Positions 1-15,117 of a stretch of DNA of 64,000 nucleotides are shown here, piece after piece. Each line of letters opens with the position of its first letter. Position 1 is the first letter of the stretch. The notes beneath the pieces are model-generated. The model was not told where the DNA came from. It searched no databases and saw only the letters and a program-made list of their open reading frames with translations. The position numbers and the translations under genes were made by a program. The DNA is taken from assembly GCA_020137815.1 (NCBI GenBank), contig CM035357.1, positions 5,642,001 through 5,706,000 on the forward strand. Direction: 5' to 3'. Origin of the DNA: Hormiphora californensis (Eukaryota > Animalia > Ctenophora).

Positions 1-1905
1 GGGATTGAAAGTTGGTAGGGGTTGTTCTTGTTTAATTTATCATCTGGTACTAATTGGAAGACTAAAAAGGTGGGGATTCTTGTTCAAAAGGGGCCCCGGG
101 GGAAAACGGGAAAGGAAAAAGGGGCGGGGGGGGGGGGGGAAAGGGGAAAAAAGGGGAAAAAAAAAAATTTTTTAAAATTTTTTAAAAAAGGGGTTTTTTA
201 AGGTAGGTTAAATTTTAAAAAATTTATTATATTTTTTTTATTTTTTATTATTTTTTAAAAAGTTTTTTTTTTTTTTTTTAAAAATTTTTAGGGAAAAGTT
301 TTTTAAATTTTGATATTTGGGGGGGGGGGGGGGGGGGGGGTAAATTTTATTTTTAATTTTTTGGGGTTTATTTTTTTTTTTTTTAAAATTTTTTTTTCCC
401 CCCCCTTTTTTTTTTTTCCTTTTTCTTTCTTTTCCCCCCTTTTTCTTCCCTTTTTTTTTCCCCCCTTTCTACCTTCCCTTTCTTGACTCGTTTCTCTATC
501 TCCCTCTCTCTCTACTTTCGTTTTCGTGCAGCCTTGTGGTTGTATCGCATGTTTCAGGCATTTCACACTAAGAATCTATCTCCTGGATTTAAATCCAATA
601 TAGCCTATTTTGCCGGTCCAGTGCACGCTAAGCATGCTATCTGAAAAAGAGTGAGAAAAAGGTAAAAATATAGGGAGAGGGAAAGCGAGAGAAAGTACGA
701 AGTAGAGAGATAGAGGGGTGAGTGAGAGAAAGAGAAAGATGGAGGAGAGGTTTTGTTGCTTGATTTGTCATTTGTTCGTCCTGGTGTGGATCAATCACAT
801 TTTTAATTTGTTCCTGTCACCCTTCATTCTGGTTAACTTCCTTTCACTCCCCCTCTCCCTCTTGGTCTCCCTCTTTCTGTCCATATCTATGTCTCTACAT
901 CTTTCTCTCTCCCCATTTTTTTCAAGATATAATCTAATTCGATATCTGTCAACATTGCTGTATGGCTGAGTGAGTTTCATGCTCACTCTTAAGCATTAAG
1001 ACTCTGTCTATTTTTACATGCCAGCTCCATATTTATATTTTTATGAAGTTTTAATTTAGACGGGTAACGTGTCACCTAACTACCATGGTCCATGAATGCT
1101 AGTCTGTTCTTTGTTTTTAGATCTCCACTTCTCAGTCTGCCCTTGCTAGGAGACAGGAGAGTATGTTTACTTGTTTGTAGAGGACGTCATACCGGAACCT
1201 GAGATGTGTCGCCACACCGGACACTCCACAACTTGGCAAAAGTACAAGAAGTGGCACACTCGTTCCAGTCCATACACATCTGCTCCAGTTTCAGTAGTAT
1301 TCAGATCGCGTCGTGTGCTCGAGATTGTGAAATATAGTCGTCTCGTGAGCCACCTGTTACCCAATGTGATAGAAATGAAGAGAATAGTGTTGTTGTGTGT
1401 GAATATCTCTCAATTTTATTTGGTGTTAGCATAATAGTAGTCACCCTGTCGTATTAATTATCAGTTAAAAACCTTGCCCTCTATTTAGACACTGATCATG
1501 GTACATGTATGACTCATCTTTAGTCTGCGTGTGATTTGAGATCTCTCTTGTGCACATCGCGTGTGAGAGAGTGTTTTGAGCTGTGTCCTATTTCATAGTT
1601 TTTTTTCGATGTCAGCGCGGCTATTTCTCGAACCATGTTGCAGTCTATTTCATAGCTTTGTCTTGATGGTTTCGTAATATATCCCCCTTAGTTGATTGAT
1701 TTTGTGGGTCCTTTGGATGGCGTGTAAAAGAACTAAATGGAGTTTATTATACCCTTTTCTAGAACTGTAGTGTAGCATTCAATGGTGTAACCATTCTTAT
1801 ACAACTATATACTACCCTCCATTAAGATTTTTGCAATGGCTTTTTTGCAATCAATAGATGCTTGTTGTTCAGATTTGATTTAGTTTTGCTCAAAGACAAG
1901 TCCCT

Positions 1906-1950
<45 letters not shown>

Positions 1951-4900
1951 CCTCTCCCTCCCTCTCCCAAGCCAATCAATTGCACTTCTTGTCGGTCCAT
2001 ATAGGGGTACATTGGAGTAGTACACGCTATTATACCATCTCTCACTAGAGTTCTATAGCATACCATCACTTACTATAGCTCTCTCACAAGAGAGTTTTAG
2101 CACTTTCTTTGGTATGATTTGTATACTACAGTGTTCTGGGAGGCTCAGTGTCGTCTACTTTAGTAGCTAGACTACCCTGCTTTTTTGTCCCTGACTGGTT
2201 TGATCTGGATCTTGATTAAAAAAGGGATCGATCCCCTCTTTATATAGACTCGAGATTGTTTCTAAAATCACCCCAATCTATGTAGACTAAAATGTTATCG
2301 TCTGATCGAGAGATAGAGAGGTAGGGACCGTTAGTTAGCGAGATTTAGGAAACTTTACACCTTACTAAAACTAACTCCCTGTCTCTCTGCCACCCCTTCT
2401 CTCTCCAACACCCCCTTCTCTCTTGTTTGATTTTAGACAAACATTCCAAATCAGCTGTTGCCTGGACCACACTCCACTGCCAGACTCAATGATACTCCAC
2501 TGCAGCTAACACAGGCTCCCCCATTCTTTAATTTTGAGTCTTTCCTGATTTGAAATATCTGAGATCTCTCGAAACTTGTAAACCTACTATTTCACAGTCT
2601 TGGTCCACGCGGCTCATTTTCACTACTATATGGGTGTTTTCTATTGCTGATGACATGAAGGCTATTTACTCTCTTCCAGTAGCACCAGCAATACCTGGCC
2701 CTGTCCAAAAACCGGTGAGAGAGAGAGAGGAGGACGGAGACGGAGGGAAGAGGAGACGAGGCGGAGAGAGGAGAGGAGAGGAAGGGGCGAGAGAGAAAAG
2801 TTATATTTTAGGGGTAAGAGAGGAGAGTTGAAAGGGTAAAAATGGAGTTTGAAGGGGAAGTTTAAAGAGAGAATGCCAATAAAATCGTAAAATAAAGTAT
2901 AGAAAAAGAAACGTCTAAAACGGTTGGAGATGTGTGTGGATCTATAACAAAAAAAAGTTCCTTGACCTTTGGTAGTCCAGTGACACCTTCCCCCCTTAAT
3001 AGAAATAAGGCCCCAGCAGATGGCAAGACTTAGATGGGCTTGATTATCCCTCGCTCCCTACAACTTTAACGCATACGTTTTTGACGCGATCCTTTTATAC
3101 CCTTTCCCTCATAATATGTTTCCGTCCTTTCCTTTTTCGCACATTTACCCACCTTCTTATTAAGCCACCTCAAACTCTTCATCTTCCCTACATCAATCAT
3201 CCCTTCGTCTCCTTCATCTCTCAAAGGCCAACTCCTTCCCCACTTCTCAAACCCCTACCAACCCCCCATGCCAACCCTCTTTATTACTCATTACTGACCT
3301 CTTATTTACCTTTATTCGCTTTATTGTATTACCTTATTTTCCCTCATATTGTCTTTCCCCCTTTTCCCCCAATTTCCCACTGCACCATCTTCCACACCTT
3401 CTTCTACACACATCAACCACAAAAAAGTGTGATCTAAGACTTCATTAACATGATCTATACACTAAAACAATCTACGTCTTCTAATCACACAAGCTATACA
3501 AACAAACCGAAGATAGAAAATTCAACAAAAAAAAACAAGCGAACAGAAACCTGTCCTATGAGTGGGACTCTATTAGGGCCCTCACGGCAATATGGTCCAA
3601 ACAACATACAAAAGCGGCTATATATTGCGCATTGGGAGAGTATATCTATTTACTATCCCAATTTATCTCTAAAATTAACCTACAAAACAAACCCAACATA
3701 TGAGGCGACTCACCCTAGAAAATCGTTGCAAGTCAGGACTTTTTCATGGTGGCTGACTGAGCGTCTACCCCCACTAACCCACCCAACGGGCTAATGCGGA
3801 GGCCCAACCGCTCGCTATAAACTCACCAACACACCTAAAACCAACAAACACACCTAAGCTACAAACTAACCCCACCTAAAAAAATGGGGCACACTAAAAT
3901 ACTACCTATATCAAGGACCCAACGACATGGGGAAGACAAGCAAGAGAGATGTACTAAGCACAAACACAACACATCTTATGTAGTGGAAGACCAGGTGTCT
4001 CGCCCATTCTATAACTTTCACCTTTGACATGTTTCTTTTTTTTTTTCTTATCTCCTTTTTTTTCCCTCTTTTATTTTACCTCTCATTCTGTATTTTAAAT
4101 GATCTCTTTTCTTTGATTTCTTTCTTCAGTTCCTTTGTTCCCTCCATTATGTATTTCTTTTTCTTTTCTTCTTTTCTCCTTTTCTTTGTCTCTCTTCTCT
4201 CTTTTCTTTTCAGCATTCTCCCTCTCTTCTTCTTTCCCTATCCGGCGAAGCTGTATTCTTCTCCTCTCATCGATTCTCCCCATAGTTGCCAAACATCTTT
4301 CTACACTCTAATTAATTCCTCCCTCCAACATTTTTATTTTTTTAATTTCATATCAACTCTTTATTTATTTTTTTATTTTTTCTTTTTCATTTTTTCCTTC
4401 ATCCCCATCTTAGTCTCTTCTTATCTTTTCTTATTTCTCTTCCTCTATTCTTACATTCCTTCTATCCCATTCAGTCCTTCCCCTTCTTTTACTCTCTTCT
4501 TCTTCCTACTTCCTTAAAAACCTTCACTGTGTATTCATACCCTTGCTAACAGCCCAGAATATTTTATATTTCCCGTATTATTTATATATTTTTTTTTTTT
4601 TTAGGTGCGAAATAGGATATTTTTTTTTTTTTTTTTTGAGCCGTCCGTCTGGCAATCAAGACAACATGTATCATCCTTCCTAAACGCCAAAAGTACACAT
4701 TGTGGTGTGACCTTTGAAACTATAATACATTAAATTAATACGGATCCGCGGGTAAGAAGCCTCTCGATCATTCTTATATACGATCCTCACTCCTATATCT
4801 CCTATCCTGTCTGTGGGGTGTGGCCGTCCGTGGTCTTCGGGCGCGCGGACTCTCCCCCTCGTCCCGCGCGGGGTGGCCAGTGGCTGGTCATGCGGATGGA

Positions 4901-5852
4901 CTAAGATAGCTCTCCTCAACTCTGCAGCTGGCCTGCTACACCCCCCCCTCCCCCTCTTCAAGCGCCATCACTCTCACCTACCACCTAAAAAATCCTCTGA
5001 TCTCCCTGTGGCGCAGCGGCTGGTGGGCGATGCCACTGGGCTGTCCCTGTCTCGTGCCTCGGCTCCCTGCCCTCCTCCCTCGTCTCTGCACCTGTTTCCT
5101 TCGTGCTCTCGCTAACCACCCCCCCTCCACCTCCTCTACTTTCTCTTCCCCCCTCCTCCTCTCAACCTGCCTCACAACCCTCCCTCCTCCTCCCTGTCTC
5201 CTCCCCAAAAATTCCTCCTCTCCTCCTCTCTCCCCGCAGTTCCTAAAAATCGCTCGCCGAGATCTCTCTACATATGGTGCAAGCCATGCATACCCATACG
5301 CCCACGGTGCAAGCTGAACGTACTCCTCAGGGCTACTCCTCTCCTCTCGCTCTAAACTTACCACAAAAACCGACAAGTAAACAATAGAGACAACCCACTA
5401 CCACCTCCGAGTTAAGACAGCCACCCTCCATACAACTACTACTACCTTAAAAACCATAAAAAACTCGCAACAACCTCCAAAATAAACTACTCGTAACGCC
5501 TTATTGTCGCCAATGCCCCCCACAGCCATCACTACCACCAAAACCCCCCTCAGCTTACCCGGGCACCCCCTTGCGGTCTCATACCGCAACGCACGCTCAC
5601 CTCACTCTCCTGGCCCGCCACGCCGCGGAACTTTTCTTCGGTTTATTCGCGCATAACAAAAACATTCGCCAATTATCCGCCTAGCCAAACCATCTCCGCC
5701 GGATTTTCTCCCCCTCTCTCTCGCGGGTGGGCCCGGGAGACACTCGCCTATTCTTTGCCTTGGGGATTTTTATTCTAGGTTAATGGGGGGGGACTTCTAA
5801 GTCTTATATCTTTTTGGGTTGGTGTTGGGCGTTTTTATCTTATTTTTTTCCG

Positions 5853-5883
<31 letters not shown>

Positions 5884-8000
5884 TTTTTTTTTTTTTTATT
5901 TATTTTTTCACACTTTCAGCTCCCGCGCTTTAGTCTTTTCTCTGCAATTCATTGTAATTTTTCTTTTTCTTTCTTTTTTTCTTTGTTTTTTTTTTTTTTT
6001 TTGTTTCATTGTTTTTCATTATTTTTTGCCTTATTTTGGGGATTTAATTTATCTTATTTGTAATTTTTTTACTCCTTTTTTTTGGTTTTTCTTTATTGTC
6101 TTTTCTTTTTATCATTTTTTATTTTATTATTTTGTTTGGATTTATTTTTTTTTTTTTTTTCTTTTTTTTTTTTTTTGGTTTTATTTTTATGTTTTATTTC
6201 TCCCTGTTTTGGTATTTGGTTTTTTCCCTTTCTTGTTTTTTTTGTTCTTTTTGTTGTTTATTGTTTTGAGTTTTTGATTATTTTTCTTGTTATTTATGGT
6301 TTTTTTTCCTTTTTTTTGTTTTTTTTTTTTATTTTTGTTTTTTTTGTTTTTCTAATTTTCGGGCGGGAGGGGTATGTAAGAGAGGGACTCCCCAAAGAGT
6401 AACCCCCCTCCAACCCCCCTTTCTAAATCTTAGCTCCAAAGCAAATAAATATACAAAATCAAAAACAAGAAAATAAATATAATAATGTGTGGTGGAAATA
6501 TGTTAGCCAAAATGGGATTAATATGCAGTTAAACGGCCTTGTGAAAACAAGCAGTAAGTAAGAGAGGAATTTACACCAATTTGTTAAATCAATTCTATAT
6601 AATCCAGACTGTTAAGTAAATCACACAGGGTATCTCACGAGAAATGAAAGATTCCCTATCTCCTCTCTCAATCTCCCCCTCCCAGGATCCTCGAGCTGTG
6701 CTAACGGTGACTATCCCACATCCGATCTCTGAATCTCCCCCGTCATAAATTCTCTCTCTCCACTCACTCTCCTCCCAGTCACCGAGCCCGACTCCCCCCT
6801 CTCTGCCTCGTCTCCGGACTCATCTCTCTCTCTCTCCTCTCATCACCCTCTCCCAGTCTCACTCACTCACCCTCTTCCATCCTCCATTCGGTCCTCTCCC
6901 CTCTCCTCTCCTCGTCCCTCCCTCTCTCCTAGTCTTTAATTATTAATAATTACTTTCCCTCTCCTCGCCTCGGTCCTCCTCCTCTTTATAACACTATCGT
7001 CTCCTCTTTTACCAACAACCACTACTATATTTTCTTTCATTTCTTTCTCGTGCTCCGGGCGTCTGTCTCAACCCTTACTCATTCTCTCGTCCTCTCTTTT
7101 ACTCCATCGGTGCATCTCATCTCGCTCTTTTACTCTCCCCGTCTCTTCCACTCTCTTCTTTATAACTTATTCTTTATTACCAAACTTTAAACCCCCTTAT
7201 TCCTTACTACTTACTTTATAACTTAATTTCCCATATTCCTTTTATTTCTATTTCTATTTCGCTTGATTGTCTTATTTCTATTTCTATTTCCGTATTTCTA
7301 TTCTCTCTATTTCTATTATTACTCTCCTCCTTCTCCGCTCCCTCCCTCTCCTGTCCCGCCTTCAGTCTCCTCTCTCTTCTCTCTCCTCCTCCCCCCAACT
7401 CTCCTCCCTCTCTCTTATTACTTATGTTCTCTAACTTTTCCCTCAGGGGGGGGGGGGGGGGGGAGGGGGATCCGGTTCAATTATTATCTGGTCTCAGACA
7501 TATTGAGGCTGGGTAATCGACGGTCAACTTTGCCAAAAAAAAAAGCAACATAAGACATAATACCAGAATCATAAAAAGTCAAGCAATGACATTCCCTATC
7601 CTAAGGTTATGGTGAGTCATTCTCATGGGCAAAACAAAACACCTGAACAAGGTCTAAATTTTTTTGGGCCCCCCTTGTTTTCCCTTTTTTTCGGCAAAAT
7701 TTCCCTAATTTTGGGTTTTTGTTTTTTCCTTTTTTTTCCGGGTTTTATGTGTCTTTGGTTCAACCACTAGGGGGGGTTTTTTTTTTTTCCCAAACCTTAA
7801 TTTTTGGTTTGGGAGGAGGGAGGGAATGGGGGAAAGAGGGGGGAGGTTTTTTTTTTTGGGGGTTTTTTTTTAAAAAGTTTTTTTTCCCCTTTGGGGGGGG
7901 GGGGGGCCCCCTTTTTTTCCCCCCTGGGGGCAAAAAAATAAATCCCCATCAAAAAAAACACATTTTACATAAAGAAAAAGGTTTTGTTCTTCTTTATGCT
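1..8000. other. largely low-quality / low-complexity consensus sequence
   Basis: Homopolymer-saturated blocks at ~60-470, 4030-4640, 5800-6400 and 7650-7960, with garbled C/T-rich text between them and no recognisable protein. Confidence 0.7.
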
Positions 8001-9433
8001 TCACCCTGTTTACAACGTACAAATTTCTGTTTTTCTTCACGCAGAAAAAATACCGTACAGATTTCCTGGTTTAAAAGACATCATTTGATCTGAAAACGCT
8101 GTCTTTTTCTCCGTCCGAGTTCTCGTCTTCCATTATTTTTCCTGAGATTCTTGAGAATTCTGCATTGCTCATGTGGGTCATGTAATTCCAATATAGTATT
8201 CAGCTGAGCCCTGTATATTTCCGGATGTTATTAGATTGAAGAATTTCCGGAATTCACGCAGATTATAATACAGCACCACGTGCGAGTATTTTGGGATTAT
8301 CGTAATTTTAATGATGAGAGGCTGGAAAATTAGGATGGGAAATTCGGGAAACTTGGCAAAAATTTGAGCTTTTTCCTACCTCCTCAAAATTTTAGGGGGG
8401 GAAAGCTCAATTATTACCCAGGCTTGAGTATTTTTGTTAAAACTTTTAAAGCTCGATCGAGCGGGGGTGCAATTTTCTCTAAAGCTTGAACAAACAAAGA
8501 GACTCTCATGATTATCCTATTTTGAGTAAGGATGCTCTATGATCTACACCCCTCTCTCAGCCACTTTATAAATGCTCTCGTGAGGTGGTGCTTCTTTCTC
8601 ATAACTCATGTCGGTATGCTTTATCATTATGTTGTTGCGACATCAAAACCGAGTATATTTAATAGCTTCAACTGATATCTTGATGTGCGAGTGTAGATGT
8701 GTTGGGGGGGGGGGGGTAATTGACTGGTAACCCAATAACTTTGATCCCCTACTCACACACTCTATCCAGCTGTCTTCTTCTCTCCATATCTACTTCTCTC
8801 TCAACTCACTACCCCTATCAATGTTTCTACCACTCTACCAGCCCCCTTCCCTGGTAATTACCATGCCCCTCACATTGTCACATTGTCACACACTGGATAG
8901 TGACAGCAGCTTTACACGCTATTGAAGAGTATACTCTCTTGACATGTTCTATCACATTCTCCTTGTGTTCTCGAATATCTCTCAGTTCAACCTTGCTTTC
9001 TCCCTGTCTTCTTTTTTGCCGCTTCTTCTAATCGCCAATTGTTTCGAGAATTCCGTGTCTCGATTGATCCGTCATTTTCTTGAATACTCTCTCTTTCTCT
9101 CTTACGTCGCAGTGTAAAATCCAATAATCAAGCATAAAATATTCTTATGCTTGCTCCTTGCCACCATATCGTCCTCTATGTTTGCCTTCCTCTATATCCA
9201 ATGTATCTCTCTCTTTGTCTGCTATTGTGTGACTCACACCGCGCTCTGTGAGGGTTTGGTAGATCAACTATTCCTAATATATATGCAATGAATTGTTCAA
9301 TACCCTTTACAAATTTTCCCCATTCTAGCAAGAACAGCTGCAACAACAACCACTCTCCAATCCTGGTCCAACCACAGCTATGTGATCAGATCTCTCAAGA
9401 CACTAGAAGCTGACCTCGTGAGATGCAGATCTC

Positions 9434-12400
9434 ATGGACATTATCCATCCTTGTATGATACCTGATTTCTACCGCATCAACCTGCTAGGATCCGACCATA
9501 TCCTGCTGGGTGCTGCTGCTGCTGCGGCAGGAGGTGGAGGTGGGTGTGAGGGACCTCCCCCACCTCCACCCCTACCCAACTCATCTGATCTGAGACTACA
9601 CAAAAGTGAAAATGATCTGAACCAGTTGTTGGAGTTGCTCTGTATCAAGGAAGCTGCGGAGGAGCCCAAGTGGGTTAGACACAGTTTAGGGAGTGCAGAG
9701 TATAACGATCTAAACTCCTCAACTGAGTCTCTGTCGGGGAAGAAGGCGTCCCATCATGGGAGTTTTACCTCTGAGCCCAATATAACCGATGATGAAGAAA
9801 GGGAAGAAGACACCCCGACTCCACCAGTCAACTCTTCTAATGAGAATAATGAAGCTAACTCTTCCAATGAAAATAATGAGGACACTGTCAATTCTTCTGA
9901 GGCTACCATTACACCATCTTGTGTGATTGAAGTTGAGGGAGACACAGGGGAAACGTTCACTTTTGGACGAGTCTCAGAGGTCTACCCGACTGATGTTCAG
10001 CTGCTTGCGGAGGTAGACCTACCCGAACCAGCGACACCGCGTTGCCGTAGTAACCTACTCCTCCGACCTCTCTCCATCTCCTCCAACTCATCCCTATCTT
10101 CCTCTCCTGAACCAGTCATGGATGCAACGTTACGGCCCGAGGAGATGTCATTTCGATCGAAAGCCAAGATGTTTGAAACCCTCGGCTCCCCTCCTCCCCC
10201 ATTGGATGATGACATCATGTTGGACTTGTTCCAAGATCACCCGGACCAGCCCCTCACCCCGCCTGACGAAGAAGAGGATGAGGAGGAGGAAGTATCACCA
10301 GGGTACCGGGATAGTTCTGAGGACGATACAGATCCTATCGCCCTCCCCACCTGCTTTGTACCACGTCGGAAACGGAGGAGGATCAGGCCGTCTGAGTACG
10401 CCCGGCACCCTAGTACTGTATTCGAGGAAGGACCTGAATGCGGGGGTATGACCGCGACAGAAACCCATGAGTGTGAGGGGTGTGAACAGGAGGAGGGAGT
10501 GTTTGGGACATCTCCAAATAAGGGCATGTGGAAGGAAGGAGCGAGGGGTTCTACCGGGTTTCTGCTGGGGTTACGGGGCAGTAACCTTAGTCTGGCTGAT
10601 AGTTATTACACGAAAGAAGGTAGTTGCATCATGGTTTGGGAATGGGAGAGGGAATTTTGGGGTTTGGTTCGGAAATGGTTAGGATAAAAATTTGGTTACG
10701 GTTGGAAATTATTCAGTTGATCTCATATCTAACCCTCTCCTCCTTTTCAGCTCTCTCCCCAGTTCCATGCCCCCAGTCCCGTGGCTACGCGTCCTCCATG
10801 CCATTCCTGGATGGCGGTGACCCACACGACCCTAACAACCACCACCATCACCACCGGAGACGGACGGGTAGACCCCACTCTCCTGTTAGTGACTGTTCCA
10901 GGACCACCAATACTTCGAGAGTTAGTTTGGCTAAACGAGCCATGCAGAACAGACAACGATACTCCTCCGATCAGCAACCAGGTTGGTACAGTTTCGAGTC
11001 AATCATTTTATGTTGGTGATTCATACAAGTGAAGAAGCTCGTTATGTTGATTTGTCTGTCTGTTCTAATCGTTGAAGTACTTTGTCACTGGTGTGTGTGT
11101 CACTTGTTCGTTGGTTTGTCTGTATGAGTCATCATAATCACAGTCTGTTTGTGGTTGAACATTGACTAGTGATAAGCTAGAAAAGTGGGCTGTCTGTCGT
11201 GAATTTTAAGGAGTAAAGAGAAAAGAGAAAAACTTTAGGTGTGTGGGAGAGAAAGCTGATGCATGTTCATCCTGACATTGTTCTCTCTCACCCTCTCATT
11301 ATCTTTCTTCGGGTTACACGTTCCACAACTCTAGGCGAGAGGCAGGGAGAGAGTGTAGAAAGAAGGAGAGGGAGAGAGATGGGGGAGAGAGATGGGGAGA
11401 GATGGAGAGAGAGTGCAGAACAAGTAGTAAAACCTGCAATTTTCACTCTCTCCCTCCAAGGGTCTTGTTTGAAATGCGTTTTGTGCCATTTGACCTTGCT
11501 GCTTACACAGGTTAACACACTTATCACGAGGTTCACGATCTCATCACCACTCAGCTGCAGTAATAGATCATTCATGTTCATTGAATATGGGCTATGTGTT
11601 TAGCATAATTTGTTTCTTCAATGCTCATTTGTCCCCTCCCTTTCTCCCATAGTATCTCATACCCCTCCCCTCTTTCCCCTCTCTCCCCAGTATCCCATAC
11701 CCCTCTCTCCCCAGGATCTCATACCCCTCCCCCTCTCTCCCCTCCCCTCAGTATCTAATACCCCTCCCCCCTCCCCGCCACTCAGAAGCTAATACCCCTC
11801 CCCTCTCTCCCCGCCACTCAGTTTCTAATACCCCGCCACTCAGTATCTCATATACCCCTCCCCTCTCCCCTCTCCCCGCCACTCAGTAGCTAATACCCCT
11901 CCCCTCTCTCCCCGCCACTCAGAAGCTAATACCCCTCCCCCTCTCCCCGCTACTCAGTATCTCATACCCTCTCTCCCCAGTATCTAATACCCCTCCCCTC
12001 TCTCCCCTCTCTCCCCTCTCTCCCCGCCACTCAGAAGCTAATACCCCTCCCCCTCTCCCCACCACTCAGTATACCATACCCCTCCCCTCTCCCCGCCACT
12101 CAATACCTCATACCCCCTCCCCTCTCTCCCTCAGTATCTAATACCCCTCCCCCCTCTCTCCCCAGGATCATCCGACCAGTTGGATCTGGCACGTGTAATC
12201 AGAATCCTGGGTACTGCAACATGCGGAAAGTTGCTAAGTAGTGCAGCTGGGTGTATTCAACATCTCGTGTACAACCACAACCCCATGAAGTCTCGTGTCA
12301 GGTAAATGTATATTGCTAGATTACAGTTTTTACAGTAATTATAGTTACCCTGTAGCACGGCAGAGAAAAATTAAAAACTCTGAAATCTTAACCAAGAGTC

Positions 12401-13422
12401 ATTTCAGAACGTCATATTCATCACAAGTTTCTGTCATCACTCATGCATCAGCACAAAGATGGTAAAACAATTGATTATATTGACTACTAAACTATCATCC
12501 CATCCAAAGTCACTCCGCCAAACCGAACCCCTCTCCTTCTCATTAAACCCCTAACCACTCCTCCACCGTCCCTAACCCCTCCACCCTAACTCAGAGAGCT
12601 AGGTGGTATCCAAGTGCTGGTCCGGTTACTGCAGGCCGAGGAAGATGTGGCCCAATCCGTTCTGGGGGCTCTCAGGAACTTATCTTATGGACACCAAAAC
12701 CATCTTAACAAGGTATGTGTCATGGAATTTTGTTTGGTGACACTAGCGTGGTACACACTCGATTTCGCTCAGCGCGAAGCCTGTAAATTCAAAAGAGCTT
12801 AACCGCGATTATGTAACGATGTGTCACGGGGTTTTGTTGAGTGGCCGTTATTTCTCGGTCGGAGATATGTCTCCGGCGAGAAGTTTTGATTTTAAAACTC
12901 TGTGGGTGGCATTTTGACATATTGAGTACCAGATCCAAGCATATCATATAACTCTTCGAATTTTGTAATTTCTCGTCAAACTATTTTCGGATACTAAATC
13001 ACTGGAAATGAGTCTTGGAATTTTGACATTTGGCCAAATAAGGTTTAAATTTCTAGAAATTCGAAGGGGTGAAAATGATTTTCTAATGAATTAGACATCA
13101 AATTGCTCCCGGGTGAATTCTATCAGTGGGTGGCAAGTAAAGAGTGACATGTGGGGGCCAATTATTATTATGGGGAGACGTGGGTCAAATTATAATAATA
13201 ATAATAATATCTAGACTTGTATCCTGCCCAGATCCCCCAGGGACAGCATAGCATAGCTAATACTGCCACTGAGGGATAATCAGAGCAGTTTACTCACACA
13301 CTCAACCAAAATTAGATTCAAAAACGGTGGAAAAAACCAAATTAACCTGCTCTCATGAGATGGAAGAAATACAATCGGATTCATAACAGACATAAATGGT
13401 AAGAAGACAAAAAATATAGCTT

Positions 13423-13457
<35 letters not shown>

Positions 13458-14867
13458 ATAGAGATGAATTCTCATGATAATGTTGGGAAATCACTTGTCA
13501 ACCAACGCGCCAGCTCGAGACACTTGGGGTAATATAAAAGGAGGTGACCCTTTTCCTCAAAATAAAATCTCTCGATTTCTTTGCCCTTACCTCAAATGAG
13601 AGATTTTGTATTTTCCCCTTTCATAATATTTCTCTCTTGTTCATATTTCTCTCTTGTTCATATTTCTCTAGCTCTCTTGTTCATATTTCCTAGTATTGTT
13701 CTGATGACGTACTACTCATCATTGGAATGTTGACGTCATATATGTGTTTCGCATTCCAAGCACCCTCTCTATGTTTCATCATCATCATGGTGGTCCCTCT
13801 CTAATGGTATAGTCTCTTTCTTTCTCTCATTCTCCTACTACACTCTCTATATCTCTCTCTTTCCCTCACTCAATTAGATATGATGGATCTATATCGATGA
13901 CAGCAGATGCAATAGATATTTAACATGCTGAGATTTAAACCGACATCTTATTTCTGAGCCCCTTCACAAGACTACCCTACTACTTTTTAGATGATAGATC
14001 TATCTTAGATCCCTCTCTCTAACTGATCTCTCACTCTCCTATCTCTCCCTCTCCAATCATCTCTCTTAACGTTTCCGTCCAACCACAATGTGTCTCAAAA
14101 TATCTCCTGTGTGTAGTGCTCTAATAGTAATAACTCTGTCTCTCTAATCTCTCTCTCTCTATCTCTCTCCCTCTCTCTAATCTCTCTCTATAATTGTACA
14201 GACTCCATCTCTGCGTTGCAGTTATCCCGTGTTTGTATTCCTTTCCATCTTGCAGCAGCACTGGGCCTCTAGAGGCTCTAGAAAGAAGTCTCACGCGGCC
14301 TCCCAACAGTATTAACAGTAGATTATGATAATTGGGATTCCAGGATAACGTCTAGAGATTGGGGGAGTTCTCACCGCAGTACTGAGCCTCTAGAATGAAT
14401 AATATTAACACATGAGAATAAGAGGGACCTTTCTAGAAGCGAGGAATGAAACTTTCTAGATTGTTGCTCCTTGCATTATCTCCTCAGAGGAGGGAGGCAT
14501 TCTCTCTTTCCAATCCCCTGAAATATTCCTGTGTTCCTACTTGACAATTTCATTGCTCCCCCTTCCTTTGATATGTCCATTAGCTACCATCTCCACTTCT
14601 ATTCTGAGAAAGATATAGAGTTGAGAAGAGGAATCCATGGTAGTGATAGGTGGGGTGTTGGAGATGTATCCAACCACGGTAAAAAGGTGGGGTGGTGAAA
14701 AGGTGGGACAATGGGTTGGCGGAAAGCGGAAATCCTCGTGGTGTGTTTCTCCCACATTCTGTCTGCTACCTCATTGGTGACGTCACTCTACGTGATTATC
14801 ACGTGGTTTGTGGCACCACACACACATCAAACACGTGTCTGCAATCAGAGTGGGAGAGAGAGAGAAA

Positions 14868-14952
<85 letters not shown>

Positions 14953-15048
14953 TGAGGGAAATTCCGCTTCCTACTAGATTGTGTGTAGCGTATTGTTTAC
15001 TTAGCGGAGTTGTTAGCCGTGAGTGACCTGACAATGCCTCAACATCAC

Positions 15049-15117
<69 letters not shown>

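Noticed and set aside
303-8093. Many Phe/Leu/Lys-rich ORFs
   Set aside because: Products of homopolymer-rich, low-quality sequence with no domain signal.
9329-9433. 5' extension of the first delta-catenin exon from the acceptor at 9329
   Set aside because: All three frames stop before or shortly after 9434; the true start cannot be resolved without transcripts.
12742-13130. Possible minus-strand Helitron-like element (ACTAG plus TTCGC/GCGAA hairpin)
   Set aside because: Single copy in the window with no identifiable other end.
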